Shown: positions 1 through 12,741 of the stretch, piece by piece | How the letters are laid out: each line of letters opens with the position of its first letter | Position numbering within the stretch: the first letter of the stretch is position 1 | DNA from: Paraspadella gotoi | Taxonomy: Eukaryota; Animalia; Chaetognatha | Assembly (NCBI GenBank): GCA_051294375.1 | Contig: CM119264.1 | Span: 30,135,693 to 30,199,692 of the forward strand | Direction of reading: 5' to 3' | DNA: 64,000 nucleotides | Translations under genes and position numbers: made by a program | Notes under the pieces: generated by a model | What the model saw: the letters and a program-made list of their open reading frames with translations, nothing else | The model's database searches: none | What the model was told of the DNA's origin: nothing

Positions 1-944
1 CATCATCATTATCATTAATTAAATGATGAATATATATACCTTGCTGCACAAACTCGTTCATTCAGTGTGAGTAACACTATGTACACTTGCCAGTTTCATA
101 ATTTCCAGACAATCTTCACATCTTTCGTCTTTTTCACATTTTCGACTTCACGGATTTCACAGACTTCACGGATTTGACACTTTTGTGATCGCGAATTCGA
201 GAAAGAAGGGAAAAAAATTAACTGAAAGAAAAAAAGAAAGAAAAACAGAAGAACAAATTTTGATATTTTTGCGAAACAAAAACAAATATTTCGATTCGGC
301 TCCAGAATTGTAATGGAAACATCACTAAATACATAAATAAGAATTAGCTAAATCTATAAATATTGAATTAAGACGAAACAATATTTTGACGGAAAAGAAA
401 CTACTATGACTCTGGCGGCAACGACAACATCTACAACAAAAACAACAACAACAACTCAAATAATAACTTTAGCCAGTAAGTTTTTATTTTTCTTCTCGTC
501 GGACCAATCCGTCTATTTGTCAGTCTATCTCTCTCTCTGTCTTGCCGTCTTTCCCTCTGTCTGTGTCTGTTTGCCCGTCCGTCCATCTTTCTCTCCGGGG
601 ACATTGTATAAACTCTAAATAAAAAGTCATAGCAAAATGTTAAGAAATGCATACCGGACTTCATTAAGATCGGTATTTTTTTCCATATGCACGATGTGCT
701 CAGTTACTATGTTAGAGCAGAAAATAAGAAAATCGATATAGCTCAAGGTAAGTGAACGAATTTGAGCAAATCGTGCGTAAAAATTCGAATCCGGATGAAA
801 TTATCTCAGATGTTTAACGGCGACAACGACTCACGCCATCTTGCGGACTCGATTTTTACGATGAGAAAATCGTATTGATTTGACCTTTTGTGATCTTTTC
901 GCGTCTCCTGGCTTTTCCTTGCCTTTTCAGTCACACACTCACTC

Positions 945-946
945 TC

Positions 947-1022
<76 letters not shown>
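945..1022. repeat. (CT)n microsatellite; representative of dozens of (CT/AG)n tracts across the window
   Basis: Direct reading; similar tracts at ~12350, 12680, 15300, 20100, 36820, 44550, 46850, 48060, 57300, 57770 and 59900 generate the SLSLSL/ERERER ORFs. Confidence 0.97.
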
Positions 1023-1023
<1 letters not shown>

Positions 1024-1248
1024 TTTTGGTTTCCGATAATAATTCTGACATTCGTCATCGACATCTGATGCTTTCGTCATTGACACGAAAAATGACGTAT
1101 CAAATAAAATAAATTCATAATTATACATGTATTACTAATGATAATTTAAAGTATACTTTCATACTTTCATTCCGTATTTTAAAGTTCGATTGTATTATGT
1201 ATCTTTGAGGTCGTCATGATTGTCATTTAGATCATTGTCATCATCATC

Positions 1249-1280
<32 letters not shown>

Positions 1281-1916
1281 CACCATCATCATCATCATGA
1301 CCAAACTTCCAATTTGATCTCCCATTTTCCGTCGGCGATCATCAAAAAGATTCTCATTTCGAGTCACAAAGGATTTCAAGAGAAATTTATGATTCGTTTC
1401 CACCTGCGTTCGTTTTCTCTTCCATTTCTTCTTCTTCCTCTTCGTCGTACTCGTCGTTGTTGTCGTTGTTGTCGTCCTCATCGTCTTCATATGAGCAAAA
1501 ATTCGTTATCGTCGTTTTCATTGTGTTTCGCTTCATTCACGTTTGTTTTCTAACTCAGGCATAATGATAACTTTAAACGCTGTTGATAAACAGTATTTTT
1601 TTTTCATTATATATGCATAAAATCGAACAAAATATTTGTTAAAAATGAGATATTTTGATTCTTGACGTTGGACATTAATTGGCTCTTACTAAAAGAAAAC
1701 CTCGAGTCAAACCAACTGACGGATCCAGCGAGCTTTCAATCAGCTTCTATATTATTTATTATATATTATTTATATAAAGAATATTTTTTATTATTTTCCC
1801 AAAATTACATAAAGAACCACAACATCGAGGAATTCCATCATTATCATTTCTATAAAAATTAACAATTACGTTTTTCATGTCGTATTTGTAAAAATTTTTA
1901 AAAAACCCCAAAAAAT

Positions 1917-1960
1917 TATTCCGCGCAAGATCGGGCTCGAACCGCGGACCTTTTCATCCA
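1917..1960 (-). mobile_element. tRNA-like T-arm fragment (possible SINE remnant)
   Basis: Minus strand reads aaaaggtccgcgGTTCGAGCCcgatcttgcgcgg, resembling a tRNA variable loop plus B box; no complete cloverleaf. Confidence 0.3.
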
Positions 1961-2779
1961 TCTTACCGCCCAGCCAGCTCCGACCCTACAAGACCCTACC
2001 CTACCCCGCCCCCCCCCGCGCCCCGAGGTAAGATCGAGGGTAATGATAGAATTTTTCACAAAAGAGGAAATGAATATTTCCTTCTTCCGAACTCACGAGA
2101 TCACGTGAGACTCACGAATCTTTTTGGAAAGAGGGAAACGTTTTTCGCGGTTTTTCTCTTTTCTCACCCAAAAATTGACGTTGGTTTCGTGGTTTTTTAT
2201 AGTATATATCTTGGTAGAAAAAAGCTTGGTAAAGTGTAATATTCTATACTATACTGTACTATACTATATTTATTTTAGTTTTATTTTTAATTAGACATTC
2301 ACTTCTAAATCTTGATCGTGAAATTTTTTAGTTCTTTTTTTTTCTTTTTTTCCCTAATTTCGTAAAATTCTCAAAATAATTAAAAATTTAAAATATTCTC
2401 TTCTATTCCTGATTATTATTTTTTCCGGGTTATAAGTTATAAGCGATAACTTTTTGTTATAAGTTCACGTCACATTGTTATTGTTTTCACCATCATAAGT
2501 AGTTCATTATTTTTCTTTTCTCTTTCTTCATATTCGCTCATTTCCTTTTGCTAATCTTAGATTCTGCACACGTCGATGGAGCGAAATATTTAAGTCGCAA
2601 TCTTATCTAATCAAGGATTGATTAATGGTTAATGGTTAATGGTTAATGTTGGTTAAGATTTTGATTCTAATTTGAAAATCTGCATCAACTACCCGGTTGT
2701 CGTTTTGGCCTAAAGTCACTTCAGCCAGTGATCAGAATCGATTATTTTTAAAATCTATTTCACAGTCAATATTCCCATA

Positions 2780-3500
2780 AGTCATTGTCATCAATCGCTA
2801 CCGTTATCGTCGTCATCATTGTCGTCGTTTTTCTGTCATCGTCGTCGTCATTGTCGTCTTTTTGCCTCTACGTCATTTTCGTCATTTCTGAATTTTTTAG
2901 GATTATCTTCGTCTTCGTTGTCACCACCTTATGCTTCTCTTGACTTGAAAGGCAATCGTCCAACGAGGAACTACTTCACTCTTGAAGTTGTCTTCGTCGT
3001 CATCGTCCTTGTGGTCGTTGTCGTTATCAACGTCAAAGTCGTCGTCATATTTTTCATCGTCATCATCGATGTCATCGCCGTTGTCATATTCTTCAGTGTC
3101 GTTGTCGTCATCATTGTCATCTCCTTCATCTCCGGTCATTAATTTGTCCTCATCTTCCTTGTCATCATCAAAGTCATCTTTATCATTGTCGTCATCGCCT
3201 TCGTCTTCGGTTGTTAAATCGTCCTCATCTTCCTTGTCGTCGTCATAGTCATCTTTGTCGTCGTCGTCATCATTGTCATCGAGGTCATCATCATCTTCAT
3301 CATCGTCAGCATCGTCGGTAACATCGTTGTCTCCGGGCGTCATCGTGGTCTTTGTCGTCACCGACGTCGTCACCGTCTTCGTCATCTTTGTCGTCATGAT
3401 TTTCGTCATCATTGTCATCAGGGTCATCATCGTCTTCATCGTAGTCATCGTCGTCGACAGCGTCGTTGTCATCCTCGTCTCCAGGCGTGAAGCCTCCGAT
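2780..3500 (-). repeat. Degenerate (GAC/GAT)n tract reading as an Asp-rich, frameshifted ORF
   Basis: ORF 2921-3472 is Thr/Met-rich then Asp-rich; the first half is Asp-rich in a neighbouring frame; internal repeat DDDKEDED.L.T.DEGDD. Confidence 0.6.
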
Positions 3501-3569
3501 CGGCGAAGGAAACTCGATTTTCCAGATTCACGTATTCATGGATCACGTGAATTATGAAGGATCGATCCT

Positions 3570-3975
3570 CGAGGGGGGAGAAGTGGGAGGGAGAAGAGAG
3601 AGAAGGAGTAGAGGGAGAGGAAGAGGAGAGAGGGAGGGAGAAGAGAGAGGAGGAGAAGAGGGAGAGGAAGAGGAGAGAGGAGAGGAGAAGAGGGAGGGAA
3701 GAGAGAGAGAGAGAAGAGGAGGGAGAGAAAGGAGGAGGAAGAGAGGAGAGGAGAGAGAGAGAGGTAGATAGGGAGGGAAGTGAGGAAAGAGAAGGAGGAA
3801 GAGGGAGGAGGGGGAAAGAAAGGGGGAGACAGAGAGGGAGGGAGAGATGGGAGAAGGAATCACTCTTGGAGAGATGGAGGAAGGAAAGAAAAGGAAGGAA
3901 GGAATCAAAGAACGAAGGGAGGAGGAAGGTAGAGCAGATAATGCGAGGGAGGAGGGAAGAAGAGGGAGACAGAGT
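3570..3975. repeat. Polypurine (GA/GGA) low-complexity tract
   Basis: Almost only G and A on the + strand. Confidence 0.9.
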
Positions 3976-4314
3976 TTTTAAATAGACACGAATGAAAGGT
4001 GAGATTTGAGGAAGAGAAAAGTGATGAGATTTATAAATAGAAGAAAAATCTTTGAGATGTTGAATCCAAGAAGAAGGTAAGTCTAAGAGAGAGGAAAAGG
4101 AAAGGAAATACATAATGAGATGAGAAGTTAAATGTAGATACAAAATGGGAAGAGTGAACGGTGAACGTTGGAAGTGTAAATGTTGTATGTGTAAGTGTAA
4201 ATTAGATTTAGTTATGCAATCTAATTTGCATATTGCAGCATTTTTGAATAACTTGGAATAATTTTCAGTTCATATGAATTTATATTCTCTAATTGACTTT
4301 TCGTTCGCCTTGAA

Positions 4315-4645
4315 ATGAAAGATGTCCGAAATGAGAAATGTGTGAAATGAGATATGTGTGTATTGTGTAATAAGAAATGTGTGAAATGAGAAATGTGTGA
4401 AATGAGAAGGGTGTGAAATGAGAAGTGTGTGAAATGAGAAGTGTGTGAAATGAGAAATGTGTGGAATGAGAATTGGGTCAAATGAGAATTGTGTGTAATG
4501 AGAAATGTGTGAACTGAGAAGGGTGTGAAATGAAAAGTGTGTAAAATGAGAAATGTGTGAAATGAGAAGTGTGTGAAATGAGAAATGTGTGAAATGAGAA
4601 GTGTGTGAAATAAGAAGTGTGTGAAATGACATATGTGTGAAATGA
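4315..4645. repeat. Minisatellite, ~15-17 bp unit gtgtgaaatgagaa(a/g)t
   Basis: About 20 tandem copies visible. Confidence 0.92.
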
Positions 4646-5930
4646 TAAACTCGACAAGAAAAGCTAAGTCAATAAATTAAAGAGAGAAAAAGAAGACTAA
4701 AAAAGAAGGAAAAATATAACTAGAAAAAAGGAAAGAGAAAAAGAGAAAAAGGAAAAGAGGAAAAAGGAAAAAGAGGCAAAAGGAAAAGAGAAAAAAGGAA
4801 AAGAGGAAAAAGGAAAAAGAGAAAAAGGAAAAGAAGAAAAAAGAAAAGGAGAAAAAGGAAAAGGAGAAAAAGGAAAAGAAGAAAAATGAAAAAGAAAAGA
4901 TCAAAAAAGAAACGAGAGAGAAGCGGGGGGGAGGAGTGGGGGAGGAGGAGGAGGAGGAGGAGGAGGAGGAGGGGCGAATCGGGACGGAATCCAGGAAGAA
5001 TCCGACCGAAGAAAAATCGTTTTGGGCAAAACTATAAAAAAATATCCTGTAGAATAAAAGTGGTTTATTTTTCCGAGAAAATATATCGAAATCCAATGGA
5101 AAATATGACGTCTGCTTCTCTACCTCTTCTTCGTCAGTCTCCTCCCGCCCTCTTCTGGCGGAAAATCAAATCAAATGGAGAAACAGTGAAACAAAAGTGA
5201 ATCGCCTCCGTCGTTTGTGAACTTGTCACTCGTGAAAGCGCCGATGACACTTCTAGATTATTGCTAAATATTAACTTTTACTTACTCCAAAAATTGCCTT
5301 TTTTTAAGCTAGGTTGACCCGTTTAAATTAAAAATGACCTTAACCCTCAAACCCGTCCTTTCGATTTTGCTCTTAATTTTTTCTTGACGTTTTCACTTCT
5401 TTTTCGTTTTTAATTCCCACTGATTTACCTGCCTGCAATAAATTGTTTAGCGTTTTCCCACTCCCCATGCCCTGGTCTTCTTCGGATTAAACAGTCAATC
5501 AATCAATCAATAAGTTATCGATCAATAATTTGTATTTTTAATCAATTCTCGTGTTCATTTTCGTGTCAACTTTTTTAAAATCTTTATCGTCTTTTCCAAA
5601 GCTGGACGAAATTAAAGACTCTTCATCTGACGAGACTTTTTATCCGCTCAACATTCTGCAAAAAAAGAAAAAAAAGAAAAAAAAACTCATCAACTTAGGA
5701 TATCTTGACAACGATAAAAAAAATAATTCACAAAAAATCATAATTGCAAAAATCTCTCATGAAAATTCATGACATCATTTCTTAGGACAAAAAATTATTT
5801 CTTTTTTCCCCCTTTTTTGGTCTCTTCCTCCTCTTGTCGGCACTATTTTTTGAAAGCGCCCCATTTCTATTCTTAATCATTGAACTTGATTTTTAACTAT
5901 AATCTATTACAAAATATTTAAACCTAATTA

Positions 5931-5976
5931 GGTGCTGATGAAGACTCGGATAAACTAGAGTCGAAAAATGTCTGTT
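5931..5976 (+). ncRNA. Minimal type I hammerhead ribozyme, solo and partly degenerate copy
   Basis: CTGATGA-a-gactc[ggataaacta]gagtc-GAAA-aatgTC. Stem II is perfect, stems I and III are weakened. Downstream aaaaataaaa...tttctc...caacgaaaagaaag matches the flanks of the 55.9-58 kb hammerheads. Confidence 0.7.
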
Positions 5977-6772
5977 TTTTAAAAATAAAAACCCATTGTT
6001 TGTAAACAAAGAAACTTTGATTTCTCTTACCAATAAATGCAACGAAAAGAAAGTCTTAACACAAAACTTAATCCGTTCAAGGATTTTCTACCTCATCCCT
6101 TTATCATCCTAAACTTTAATCCTTAACCTAATTCATAACCGTTTATTAATTCTGAATTCAGGCTGTAATGGGGAGTTTTTGGAAAATATGGACCTCTTGA
6201 TCCTGGTCTGAGATACGACCCAGCGAGTGAGATCTTACCCGACCCTACCCAATACCCATCGTGTACCACTTACCCACTCATCAGTGAAGAGTCATCAGTG
6301 ATGAACATTTCGTTTGGATCTCATCTTCATTTTGGATTCGTAATCGTTCTACTTTCTCTCTGAATTAGCAACAACCATTAAACATTAATCAATATCTTAT
6401 TTTAATTAAAATTTCCGAGACTGAATAGAGAGTGTACAAACAACAAAATTTCCTTCAATTTTCCTTAATTTTTCTCAATTTTTGACCCCTTTTTCCTGGA
6501 ATCTCCTGGTAATAATAAAGTGTACAAACCAAAAAATATAATTATATTTTTCAACATATTTCTTTTTTTCTAAGCCTCAGACATAAGTTTTTTGTTATAT
6601 ATAGTCAAAATGAAATAATTTTTATTTAATTAATGTCCAAATATAGTTAGATATAGATAGTTTTTTCCTTAAATGAAAATACGGAATAGGTACAAATTTT
6701 AAAAAAAGGTAATAGACCTAACCGGTACTTAATTTAAAAAGAATCTGACCAATTAAGCCTCCCCTCTCGCGC

Positions 6773-7012
6773 CATCTTCATCATCTACATCATCTTCATC
6801 ATCTACATCATCTACATCATCTTCATCATCTACATCATCTTCAACATCTACATAATCTTCATCATCTTCATCATCTACATAATTTTCATCATCTACATTA
6901 TCTTCATCATCTACATCATCTTCATCATCTACATCATCTACATAATCTTCATCATCTACATCATCTTCATCATCTACATAATCTTCATCATCTACATCAT
7001 CTTCATCATCAT
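6773..7012. repeat. Minisatellite of catcttcat/catctacat 9-mers
   Basis: Direct tandem repetition. Confidence 0.92.
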
Positions 7013-7296
7013 CTTTCCCTTTCTCTCTTCTTCACCTTTCCCACGCCTTTTGCGCCAAAGACCCGCAGTTCTTGATACCGTAATCCCTTTCGGTTCTCGT
7101 CCCTGATGCCCTTAAGTTATCTCGGGAGTCGCTGATTTTATTAATATTAATAAATCCAGGGACCGGGGGAAGTTGAACACTGCTGGACCGTGACGAGGGT
7201 CGCTCCTTTTAAAAATTTCGCCAAGAATAACAACTCCGGTTGAGCATTGAAAATTCTCCTTCAAAATAAAATATAATTAAGTATTAATGTTCTTTA

Positions 7297-7376
7297 TTTT
7301 TAGTCGGTCGGTCTGTCGGACGGTCTGTCGGTCTGTCCCACTTACGTTAAAAATGCTCATAACTTACATATAGTTA
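7297..7376 (+). mobile_element. Fragment of HINE/DINE-like element
   Basis: tttttagtcggtcggtctgtc...ctgtcccacttacgttaaaaatgctcataacttacatatagtt is homologous to internal parts of 13642-14049 and 26768-27105. Confidence 0.7.
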
Positions 7377-7452
7377 ATCAACGGGGGACGGACGGACGGA
7401 CGGACGGACGCCTAATTTATCATAATTCGATATTCTGAGATGATGTAGGTGA

Positions 7453-7800
7453 ATGCTCAACAAGATTGTGGGGTGGAGCGCAACGCCTTCTGTTTTTACG
7501 AAATCTCTGGCTCAGCCTGTCCCACAACCTCACAGAGTTCCCCTCACAGTCTCTCAAAGTCTCACCAAGTCTCACAGAGTTTTCGCCCTCCCTTCTTCTC
7601 ACAAACGATTCTTTAATTCTGCTGTTCTTGCACTTCCCCCTGGGACGCAGCGTCGGCCGACCGGATCTTCGCAACTGCGTTCCGCTGCTGCCGTCGCAGC
7701 CGCCGCAGAATCGTTCAGCCGCAGCATCGCATCCGCCGCGGCGTCGTTCAGTCGCAGCAACGCATCCGCCGCGTCAGCCGCAGCGCCGCTTCTAATATGA
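7453..7800 (+). CDS. Possible exon, Ala/Ser-rich low-complexity protein (strand and frame uncertain)
   Basis: GC-rich island in AT-rich background; open frames on both strands; no recognisable domain. Confidence 0.2.
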   Translation: MLNKIVGWSATPSVFTKSLAQPVPQPHRVPLTVSQSLTKSHRVFALPSSHKRFFNSAVLALPPGTQRRPTGSSQLRSAAAVAAAAESFSRSIASAAASFSRSNASAASAAAPLLI

Positions 7801-9579
7801 GGCTGCTGCAGCGATTTCGCCGTTACAATAGTTTAATGGACCGTTGGGTGCGAGGGTCATCGGCCATTTAGATGCTAGATGCTTTTTTGACGACATAAAT
7901 GGAAAGTTGGAAGAGAATTGGAATCTAAATTTGGACACTGAAACCAAAATAGGAATTGTTTCCATTTTTTTTAACGAAATAAAAAAATATCAAAGCTCGT
8001 TTTTGTCAAGTTTGTCAAGTTTGTATATTTCGATTTAGATTCTGCGGAGTAAAATAGTAAAAGAGAGACTATCCGGAAAATCAAACCCACCAGCAGAAAA
8101 GTTTCTCTTTTCTCGAAGACTCAGCAAAAAAAAAAAACAAAAAGAAAAAAAGACATCGCCGAGATCCGCGAGAACGAGGCTGAGAGGCGACGGCGGCGAC
8201 GACTAACGAGTTTCTTGTTCCTCTTTTCAAATGAACTCGAAAAAATAAAAGGAAACGCGGGTCGTTTTTTACTTCCGGTCGAGTTGTTTGGTTTTTGGAA
8301 GAAGTAAAGTGGGGCGGGTGGTGGAGATTAGAGGGGACGTGGGGGGGGGCGGAGGCTTTTTTTTTGGGTGGGATGGCATGCTAATGAGGGTCCATGGGGG
8401 GGCGAGACCAATTTTCTCTTTCTAGGGATTTTCTTGTTTCGGTGCAGAAACGAAAATAAGGTTGGAGGGAATGAATGACTGGCGATTGTTAGTCGCGACT
8501 CTATGATTCCATTTTTGGTCGGTCGGTCCGTCTCATTAAACTCGATTCTTCTTTAGAATACTTTTTTGATAAAGATAAGTATATAAATTTTACGTATTAC
8601 CAGCGATGAGTGATATCTAGTTACTTTTTTTAATTAAGAATTGGCAAGTTCAAAGGTAGAGACTTTCTGATGTACATAAATTTTGCATTTTTAGATAATC
8701 ACAAATCACTTGCCCTTAACGTTTTGCCAAAAATCAATGCACAAGTATTATTCGAAAAAAGCCGCATTTGTCGTACAACGTTGAGTGAGCGTTGAAAAGC
8801 TTTTTGTTTGAAAAAGTACTATTACCGTATTACTATTAATCTAACGAAATAACGTATTAAAGCCATAACGTAATCCTCGCTAGAGGGACTCGCGAATACG
8901 TGTAACCATATCCATGACAATGGAGCGACGTCGTTAGCGAATAAACCGTATATCGTTTGCATTCACGAAAAGACCTTATGTTTATACTTGGCGCCATAAA
9001 AGTCGAGATTGACTTAGCTTATAACTTTTTTTTATACACCCGCTCTTATATTATTATTATTTTTTTTACCTATTTTTTATTCTTCCGCTCAATTTCATCG
9101 CTAAAAAACAATAACAATAACGATTTATTTTATCAAGACTCGTTTATTCGGACGAGACGTCGTAAGCAACTTCCATCGGGGTAAGTCGATCGTGGTGGGT
9201 AAGGTTTTGGGACGAGGGGGGGTCGGTGGGTTTTGGGGAGGGATTAAAGGGGAGGAGAGGTACATGTGGAGACATGGTGGAAACGTGGTGGGGCAATTCG
9301 CTTCGAAGGAAGTTTGGAAAGCGAACTAAGTCTAGTGTGGAATGAGGTAGTTGGAGGGAGGGCGATGTTGAAAAATAAAAAACAAAATAAAAATAAAAAA
9401 TAAATAAATAAATAAAATAAATAAATAAAATAAATAAAATAAATAATAAATAAAATAAATAAAATAAATAAATAAATAAATAAATAAATAAATATAGTTT
9501 CTTTTCACAAGAAACTATATTTGTTAATTAATTAATTAATTAATTTTCATTTTCATTATTTTATTAATTAATTAATTAA

Positions 9580-9748
9580 TTAATAAATATAGTTTATTTT
9601 GTTAGTCGACAAACGGGACTGTGAGATTGTGAGTGGTGAATACATCACAGATTCACTCTGGTTTTGAAGATTATCTGTCGCAGGCAGAGATGAAATGACT
9701 TCAATGGCTTCAACGACTGCAATGTCTTCACTCTTCAATGTCGTCCTT
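9580..9748 (-). CDS. Candidate terminal coding exon, unknown protein (RTTLKSEDIAVVEAIEVISSLPATDNLQNQSESVMYSPLTISQSRLSTNKINYIY*)
   Basis: Strong acceptor ttttttttttgcag, non-repetitive open frame to TAA, followed by AT-rich sequence. Confidence 0.3.
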
Positions 9749-10509
9749 CTGCAAAAAAAAAACCTACCGAGAATTGTTCCGATTATTTGCTTCGTCGAGT
9801 ATTTCTCGCAAACGGCTTTCCCTCGTCGTCGTCGTGGTCGTCGTCGTCGTCGTCGTCGTTATCTTTTTCCTCTTCGTTGTCGTCGTCGCTATATCCAGAT
9901 GGCGTTGACAATGAAGTCGTTTGAATAATCCTTCGTATTTTTTCGATGAAATTTTTGGCTGGTTCGTCCAAGTTAGATTTAATTCGAAAACAAAAAAATA
10001 TTTTCAAATAAGAAAAAAAAATTCGTTTTTTTCCCTGTTTTTATGAAATTGGTACAACCAATATAAAAAAATTATCCATTAATTTAATAAATACGCTATA
10101 TTGCCCCTGACTTTGGACAGGCTTTGGTGGTTTAAGGCCTCCATAACTCATACAAGATAATGACAAAGCAGGTCCCTGCAAGCTTTCAATCAAGACTCTC
10201 TTATATTAACATTTAGCGTCTTTCCTCTTTCAATTTGATCTTTTTTCACAGTACTTTCTACTCCGTCGTGAAAATGTGATTCTTCGAAAAATGTAAAGGA
10301 TGAAAAAAAATATCACTCAGGCCTCTCACTCTTCGTATCGAGGGTGAATCGGTGAAGCGTTTGTGAACTCAGGTCTACTCTTCTCGTAAAATCAATATTC
10401 ACAGAGTTTCGCTTCTGGTTTTTCTTTTTTTTTCTCATTACCTCGATTCCCTCACCAACCAAATAAACCAAAACAAATCACTACCCTTCATTTCTCATCC
10501 AATCTTTAT

Positions 10510-10800
10510 TCCTTAACCTTTTACCCTAACAACGAATTTTAATCCGCAAACTAATCTTTAATCTATTCCCTAATGTTAATCCATCTCCAAATCCCCAACC
10601 CTAATCCAAATCCTATATTCCTAATGAACTTACCTTAATCCCCAATCTTAATAACTAACCTTTATTTTCAAGCTTAATCTTTATCCCTAAATCCATAATC
10701 TAATCTAAAAACCCTATATAATCTAATCCAAAACCCAATATAATCTAATCCCTAAACTTAACCTTCACCCTAATCCCCGAACCAAATTTAGTCTTAAATT
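10510..10800. repeat. Degenerate (CCCTAA)-like hexamer tract
   Basis: Repeated ccctaa/cctaat/tctaat units; an opposite-strand equivalent lies at 29848-29920. Confidence 0.6.
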
Positions 10801-11001
10801 CTAAGCGATATATAATATAAATATATATAAGCAAAAATCCTTAAAGTGTCTCGTTCTCATCTTTCCCCCTCCACTCTCCTTTTTTCCCCCTCACACATAA
10901 AAACCTTCTCTCTCGTTACTTTTTTTCCCCATGAAACGGTTCCACGGCCGCCAATATATAAACCGCGCATAAAGTTATAAAGTTATAAACCCAATAAACG
11001 C

Positions 11002-11039
<38 letters not shown>

Positions 11040-11149
11040 TCTCTCGTCGCAAAAAAAAAAAGCCGCGAATATAAATATATCGCGAGGGAAAGGACATATA
11101 ACTCGCGTTGTGATTTATGCATCTCGTTTCTTATTCGTCAAATTTTGAT

Positions 11150-11198
11150 GGCCGTTTGAAATCCCGAAGGTCTAGGTTCGAATCCGCGAGGTGTCTCC
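11150..11198 (+). mobile_element. tRNA-like 3' half (possible tRNA-derived SINE head fragment)
   Basis: ttgaaatcccgaaggtctaGGTTCGAATCCgcgagg: anticodon-arm-like segment, aggtc variable loop and perfect B box; D arm and acceptor stem not seen. Confidence 0.4.
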
Positions 11199-12366
11199 CG
11201 AAATAAAAAAAAAGAAAAAAAAGAAAAAGAAAAAGAAAAAGAAAAAGAAAAAGAAAGAGAGAGAAGAAAAGAAAGATGAAAGAAAGTTGACAAAACCGCG
11301 ATCCGAATCGAGATTGGCGAGCGAGTCAGGGTTACCTTACCTTGCACTTACCTTCGGGAGATGAGGAAAGGGAAACGCCCACTTCTTGGGGGGGGGGCGG
11401 AGAAAACCTTCTCTTTTACATATCCCGACTCACCACACTTCACCTATAGTACTTTCACGTCGTCACCCACTTACTTTTTTCACATGGTGAATCTTCACTT
11501 TCAAAAGATGAAAAAAATTGGGGTCTGTTCAAGTGTTCATATTAATATTTATTAAAAAAAAAAGAAAATTAAAATATGTTTAGGTGTACATGTATATGTA
11601 GATGTAGATTTTTTGACCTGATGGCAAAATTTTACCTTACTGTCGCCGTCACACAAGATTTCCATATTCAAATACTATTTTTCATGTTGTTAAACTTTCT
11701 TATTCTCAACGCAAGAAAGAATATCACGGGTAGTAGCCAATGTACCCGGACATATATAAAAAAATTGATACCATTTTCCAATAAATAGTCTTCTTGAAAG
11801 ATCTTGTTCCAGATTACTAATAGTAATACTCTCTATACATACTCTCAGATATATCTATTTATAGATTTTAAAATATTTCCGACATCTTCCCTTTTATATT
11901 TTTCCTTTCCTCTCCTCCCCCCAGATTTCTCTCTCAAGAAACTCTTACCCCGACTTACCTTCCGAGTCGTAAACTTACCACGTTTCATCCTAAGCGGGAT
12001 AAGTTAGGTTTGGGTTCTTCAGCCTCGTTTCTGGGTTCAAGGTCCGTCAGGCAACGCAACATTTTTTTTTCTTTTAAAGTGATATTTACTTTTTTTTTCT
12101 TTTTTCCTTTTAAAGAAAGAAAGTTTCTTTGAATGATCCGTGTGAAGTTAACTATTTTATTTTTTTCGTAATAAAACAATTTCGTCCGGGAACTTAAAAC
12201 CTCACGTAACTTTAAAGATTTAAAAAGATTTAAAGATTTAAAAACCTTTCCTTTTTTTTCTTTTTTTTTCTTTCTTTCCTTAATCTTTCTTTTTAAATCT
12301 TTCTTTTTTTCTCTTTCTATTCTAATAAAAGTCGTTATTTTGAATTGCACTCTCTCTCTTCTCTCT

Positions 12367-12407
<41 letters not shown>

Positions 12408-12676
12408 TCTCCCAGAGAGAGAAAGTTTCATTTTCTTTTCTTTCTCTTCTCTTCTTGTCAGGGCGGTGATACATCTTCTCCTTTCCTTCTTTTGCTTTCC
12501 TCTTCCTTTTTTCCTTTTTTCCCTTTTTTTTGGGAAAGGAGCTTAAGATTTTCTCTCGTCTTCTTCACTGGAATATCTTCGCTTCACATGCGAAGGGACC
12601 GTCGTCGTACGGATTCAGAAACCACAGTCTGTATCTCTGTCTGTCTGTCTGTCTTTGTTCTCTTTATCTTTATTTT

Positions 12677-12741
<65 letters not shown>

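Noticed and set aside
11150-11198. Functional tRNA gene
   Set aside because: B box and T arm only; no D arm, A box or acceptor stem pairing
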